64,000 nt of DNA, taken from Eledone cirrhosa (lineage: Eukaryota). Under the pieces are notes generated by a model. It searched no databases, was not told where the DNA came from, and saw nothing but the letters and a program-made list of their open reading frames with translations. The stretch is taken from NCBI GenBank assembly GCA_964016885.1, contig OZ024740.1, positions 152,334,001 through 152,398,000 of the forward strand, written 5' to 3'. Shown here piece by piece: positions 60,082 through 64,000 of the stretch. Position 1 is the first letter of the stretch, and every line of letters begins with the position of its first letter. The position numbers were made by a program, and so were the translations under genes.

Positions 60082-60843
60082 CAATATGTTGAAAAGGTAA
60101 CACACTAGAGAGAGATACAGTGCGTTATCAATAAAACAGGGAAAAAACCACCAGTGTATGGAATCTTATAACCTATGAAAGGCAGACTACAGACACGATA
60201 ATTAAAAATATAAATTAAATCGTAAATAAATACCTCTATTACTATATAACACGCGTACAAATCCAAAGATACTTTAAAAGATACTTTAAAAGTGGCTGTC
60301 TAACTACACGTGGGAGAGAGAAGTCACAGCGTGTTTAAGGGCAGTGAACCAGTGGCTTCTGAGGGACGAACTGTTAGAAAGGGCAGCCCAAAGCTACTCA
60401 GAGAAGTGTGCTCAACCAAACAGAGATAGGAAAGACTGTTATTAGGAGTGAAATATCACGATAAATTAACGGAGGCATAGGCCCTCGCTATTCCCTGTAA
60501 ATAATGTGCTCAAAGGAGAAGAAATCCTGAGCTCTTTAAAATACAATATGTTGAAAAGGTAACACACCAGAGAGAGATATACAGTGCGTTTACAGGGAAT
60601 AGCGAGGGCCTATGCCTCCGTTAATTTATCGTGATATATATATATATAACGAAGGAAATGGGGTAAGGAACCAGATGGACCATAACGCACCAAAGTACTC
60701 AATACTTAGGGTAGTAGAGTGGGTAATAGGAACGAGTAGGACCCCGACGGCTGAGCTCAAGCCGTTTCGACGGCTGATTCTGGACTAAAACATGTTAGCG
60801 TCTGTGTATGTTTGTGCCCGTTTGTGTGTGTGTATGTTTGTGC

Positions 60844-60896
<53 letters not shown>

Positions 60897-61219
60897 TTTA
60901 TGCCCGTGTATGTTTGTGCTCGTGTGTGTTTTTGTGTGTGTTCTACCTATTTACTGGTCTAATTTGCCTTTCTATACAATTATGTATTTTTCTAACAAAT
61001 TCCGTCTTTAATTAATTAATCTCCAAAGACGTCTATATTCCTATGGCTGTACATCTACTATCTTCTATATTTATTGTCTTACTAGTTTTAATTACTACAT
61101 CGACATAGACTGTGGACGTTTAGTTTTGTTGACGAGGTCAGGACAATTGGAAATATTTTTAGGCTGGAAAAATATATTATTCATCGATGGATAAATACAT
61201 AGAATGACACATATACATA

Positions 61220-61259
<40 letters not shown>

Positions 61260-61270
61260 CATACATAAAT
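59345..61270. repeat. Long inverted repeat pair (59345-59780 and 60805-61270) enclosing nested elements
   Basis: The arms are near-identical in reverse complement. Confidence 0.9.
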
Positions 61271-61275
61271 ATGTA

Positions 61276-61349
<74 letters not shown>

Positions 61350-61415
61350 CATATATTATATATATATACATATATATATATACACAAATATATACCTACA
61401 TACCTATATATATGT

Positions 61416-61505
<90 letters not shown>

Positions 61506-61558
61506 GTGGAGAGATAAATAAAGAAGAACAAACCATTAAAACATGTTTATTTAAAAAT

Positions 61559-61598
61559 GCCCTTGAGAAGCCCATTCGGGCGAAACGTACGTAGGTGC
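61559..61598 (+). ncRNA. U3-A8 variant HHR at the tip of a 150-bp hairpin
   Basis: GCCC-UUGAGAA-GCCC(AUUC)GGGC-GAA-ACGUACGU-A-GGUGC; flanking arms 61504-61557 and 61601-61654. Confidence 0.75.
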
Positions 61599-61900
61599 TA
61601 TTTTAAATAAACATGTTTTAACGGTTTGTTCTCCTTTATTTACTTCTCCACGTGCTTCCGCTCTGTTAATTCTCTCGCCCACTAGATATTAACACTTCTA
61701 ATATTTAACACTGCAGGCACAAGTATTGAGCACTCTCTGCATACGCTATTGGCAAATAACTACATGTATCCCCTATCTCTCCTTCTCTCTCTCGATACGT
61801 AAATATTCTCTCTCTCTATATATATATATACACATATATATATACATACATATATGTGTATATATATACACATATATATATACATACATATATGTGTATA

Positions 61901-62036
<136 letters not shown>

Positions 62037-62086
62037 ATATATACACATAATATATACATAATATATATATATGTACATATATATAC

Positions 62087-62141
<55 letters not shown>

Positions 62142-62145
<4 letters not shown>

Positions 62146-62694
62146 TATGTACACGTACATACATATATGTATGCAGACGTACAGTAGTATGTATATATAT
62201 ATATATATACATACATGCACACATATATATATGTACGTATGGATTCACCGAACATTTATTATAATGCTCGGTGTGTTTGTAAACAAACATCCCGTATTAA
62301 GCCGTAGTGTCCAGCAACCATCGTTGCTCGTTTGTTCAACACTGACAAAGGAACGCTGTACTAGTTTCAAGCTTATTAGCTATCATCAGCAACGTATACC
62401 TTCCTGCCAGATTGTTGAACGTATATACTTACCTTATGCATATTAACGGCTGAGTAGCTCAATTTGCATATCGAGTGGGTTAATCGGCCGGGTGCACCGA
62501 AAACGATAAATGGTAAAAATGAAACGAAATTTCATTTCCCACTCTTAGTACGGCTGTTACTTAAATATAAGTATGTACACGTACATACATATATGTATGC
62601 AGACGTACAGTAGTATGTATATATATATATATACATACATGCACACATATATATATGTACGTATGGATTCACCGAACATTTATTATAATGCTCG
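62142..62694 (-). mobile_element. Dispersed family A copy (~1.3 units, HHR at 62353-62395) abutting a PLE ORF
   Basis: Homologous to the 470-bp unit; CUGAUGA core. Confidence 0.85.
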
Positions 62695-64000
62695 GAAACC
62701 TTTTTCCAAGAGATGTTATATTTAATATTTTTGTCTTTCAAGGACCATATGAGTTCTGAGAGAGCCGTGTTCTTTTAAGTTGGTATTTAAAAGACGAATG
62801 ATGATTATAAAGACGAGCTTTAAAGGAGGTGGAAGTGGAGCCAAAATAGGTGAAGGAATTGGTGTCAGTTATAACTTTACATTCGTAGATTAAGTTTTTA
62901 TCAAGACAATGGTTGTTGAGAGGACATTTATTTTTAACAGGGCAATTGCAATTGCGATTAGAGAGATTATTAACGAGTGACCTAGTGTTATCTATAGAAG
63001 GAATTGGATTGGAGAAGTTATTTGCGTTAGGAATAATAGTTTCTTGATTTAGAATGGGATTAAGAACATTTAGCGAAGTTGTGTTTGACGTTGTATTTGG
63101 GTTTGCAGAAATTAGCCTAGAGTTTACAATGAGGTCGGGAGTACTATTACTATTATTATGATTTTCAGTGTTGGAAGGAAGAGATTTAGTATTTAGTATT
63201 TTATTGTTGTGTTTAGAGATAATGCTGGAAATGTTGGAGGATGTCGAATAGGAAAATTTTATAGTATCTTTGTTAGATATTTTACTATAGATATGTGAGG
63301 GAGGGAAGCATTTATTTAAGGCACTAAAGAATAATTTAGGAATATTATTATTAATAGAGATGGAGAAAGGAGCATTATACCAGATTATGTTTTTGTATCT
63401 AGGTCTTTTATTAAAGTTATTGGAATGATCATGATTAATTATTCTACTGTAAGATCTTCTAGAATTTGTTTCTTTACTATATTTGATTTTATCAGGATAG
63501 CCGGCTTTAGAAAGCGCGTTATTATAGTAATTGGCGTTAGCATCAAAGATATTTTTTATTAGAAGATAGCTTAGATATTCTTTTTCCAATATTACTAACT
63601 ATAGCATTCTTAATATTAGTGGGGTGGTTAGATCTAAAATTAACATAATTTAGGTTCTCATTGTTTTTATGGTAAGGGTAATATAGGCCAGTGTCAAGAT
63701 TAAGAGATACATCCAAGAAATTAGCTAGTTTGATGCTGTTATCAAATTCAATTTTTAAGTTATGTTGGTTAAAGAGATTACGTATATTGTTCTTAATAAT
63801 ATTAAGGTTAACTATGTTGCAATTTAAGATAGTAAAGAGTCCATCGTCACGATAAATTCCACCGCGAAGTTGAGGAATTTTCCGACTCAAAGAGTTCAAA
63901 ATAAAGATACCAATTAAATCTGTCAATTGGGATGAATCGGATGCTCCCATTGTGATGTCGAAGTTGTTAGAGGTATCAGCTCTGGTCCAATATTCAATAC
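62695..64000 (-). pseudogene. Penelope-like element RT + GIY-YIG ORF with two frameshifts (possibly Naiad-type); runs off the window
   Basis: MGASDSSQLTDLIG, IYRDDGL, NFLDVSLNL, SNHP, IIWYNAPFS, CNC..CPL...C, IYECK..YFGST..FKARLYNH. Frameshifts near 63560 and 62775. Confidence 0.92.

Noticed and set aside
61118-61170. UUGACGA...GAAA motif in the 59.3/61.2-kb arms
   Set aside because: Stems rely almost wholly on G-U pairs and stem II is ambiguous.
62695-64000. Selenocysteine (in-frame UGA) recoding as reported for some Naiad PLEs
   Set aside because: The ORF breaks are frameshifts, not in-frame UGA at Cys positions, and the native 3' UTR is missing.

Overview
AT-rich, repeat-saturated eukaryotic DNA. 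The SINE families and TA/CA microsatellite load resemble a coleoid cephalopod such as Octopus; this is recalled similarity, not a search result. No intact host gene is visible, and nearly all ORF-track entries are microsatellite translations. The window holds relics of Penelope-like elements (PLEs; RT plus GIY-YIG), RTE and R4/Dong-type LINEs, a Helitron with intact ends, hAT and mariner relics, a RAG1-core-like Transib relic, SINEs and MITEs. The dominant hidden signal is structured RNA. Reading both strands by eye gives about 35 type I hammerhead ribozyme (HHR) motifs, intact or decayed, in at least 10 short non-coding element families that sit in (TA)n tracts and form tandem and fold-back arrays. 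One is a near-identical 470-bp array with 8 HHRs, resembling a non-LTR retrozyme or PLE pLTR multimer. Three families use a compensated U3-A8 core, and several keep an ATGCAAAT octamer about 80 nt upstream of the core. An HDV-like ribozyme relic marks the 5' end of a non-autonomous RTE. All folds were assigned by eye and none has been tested.
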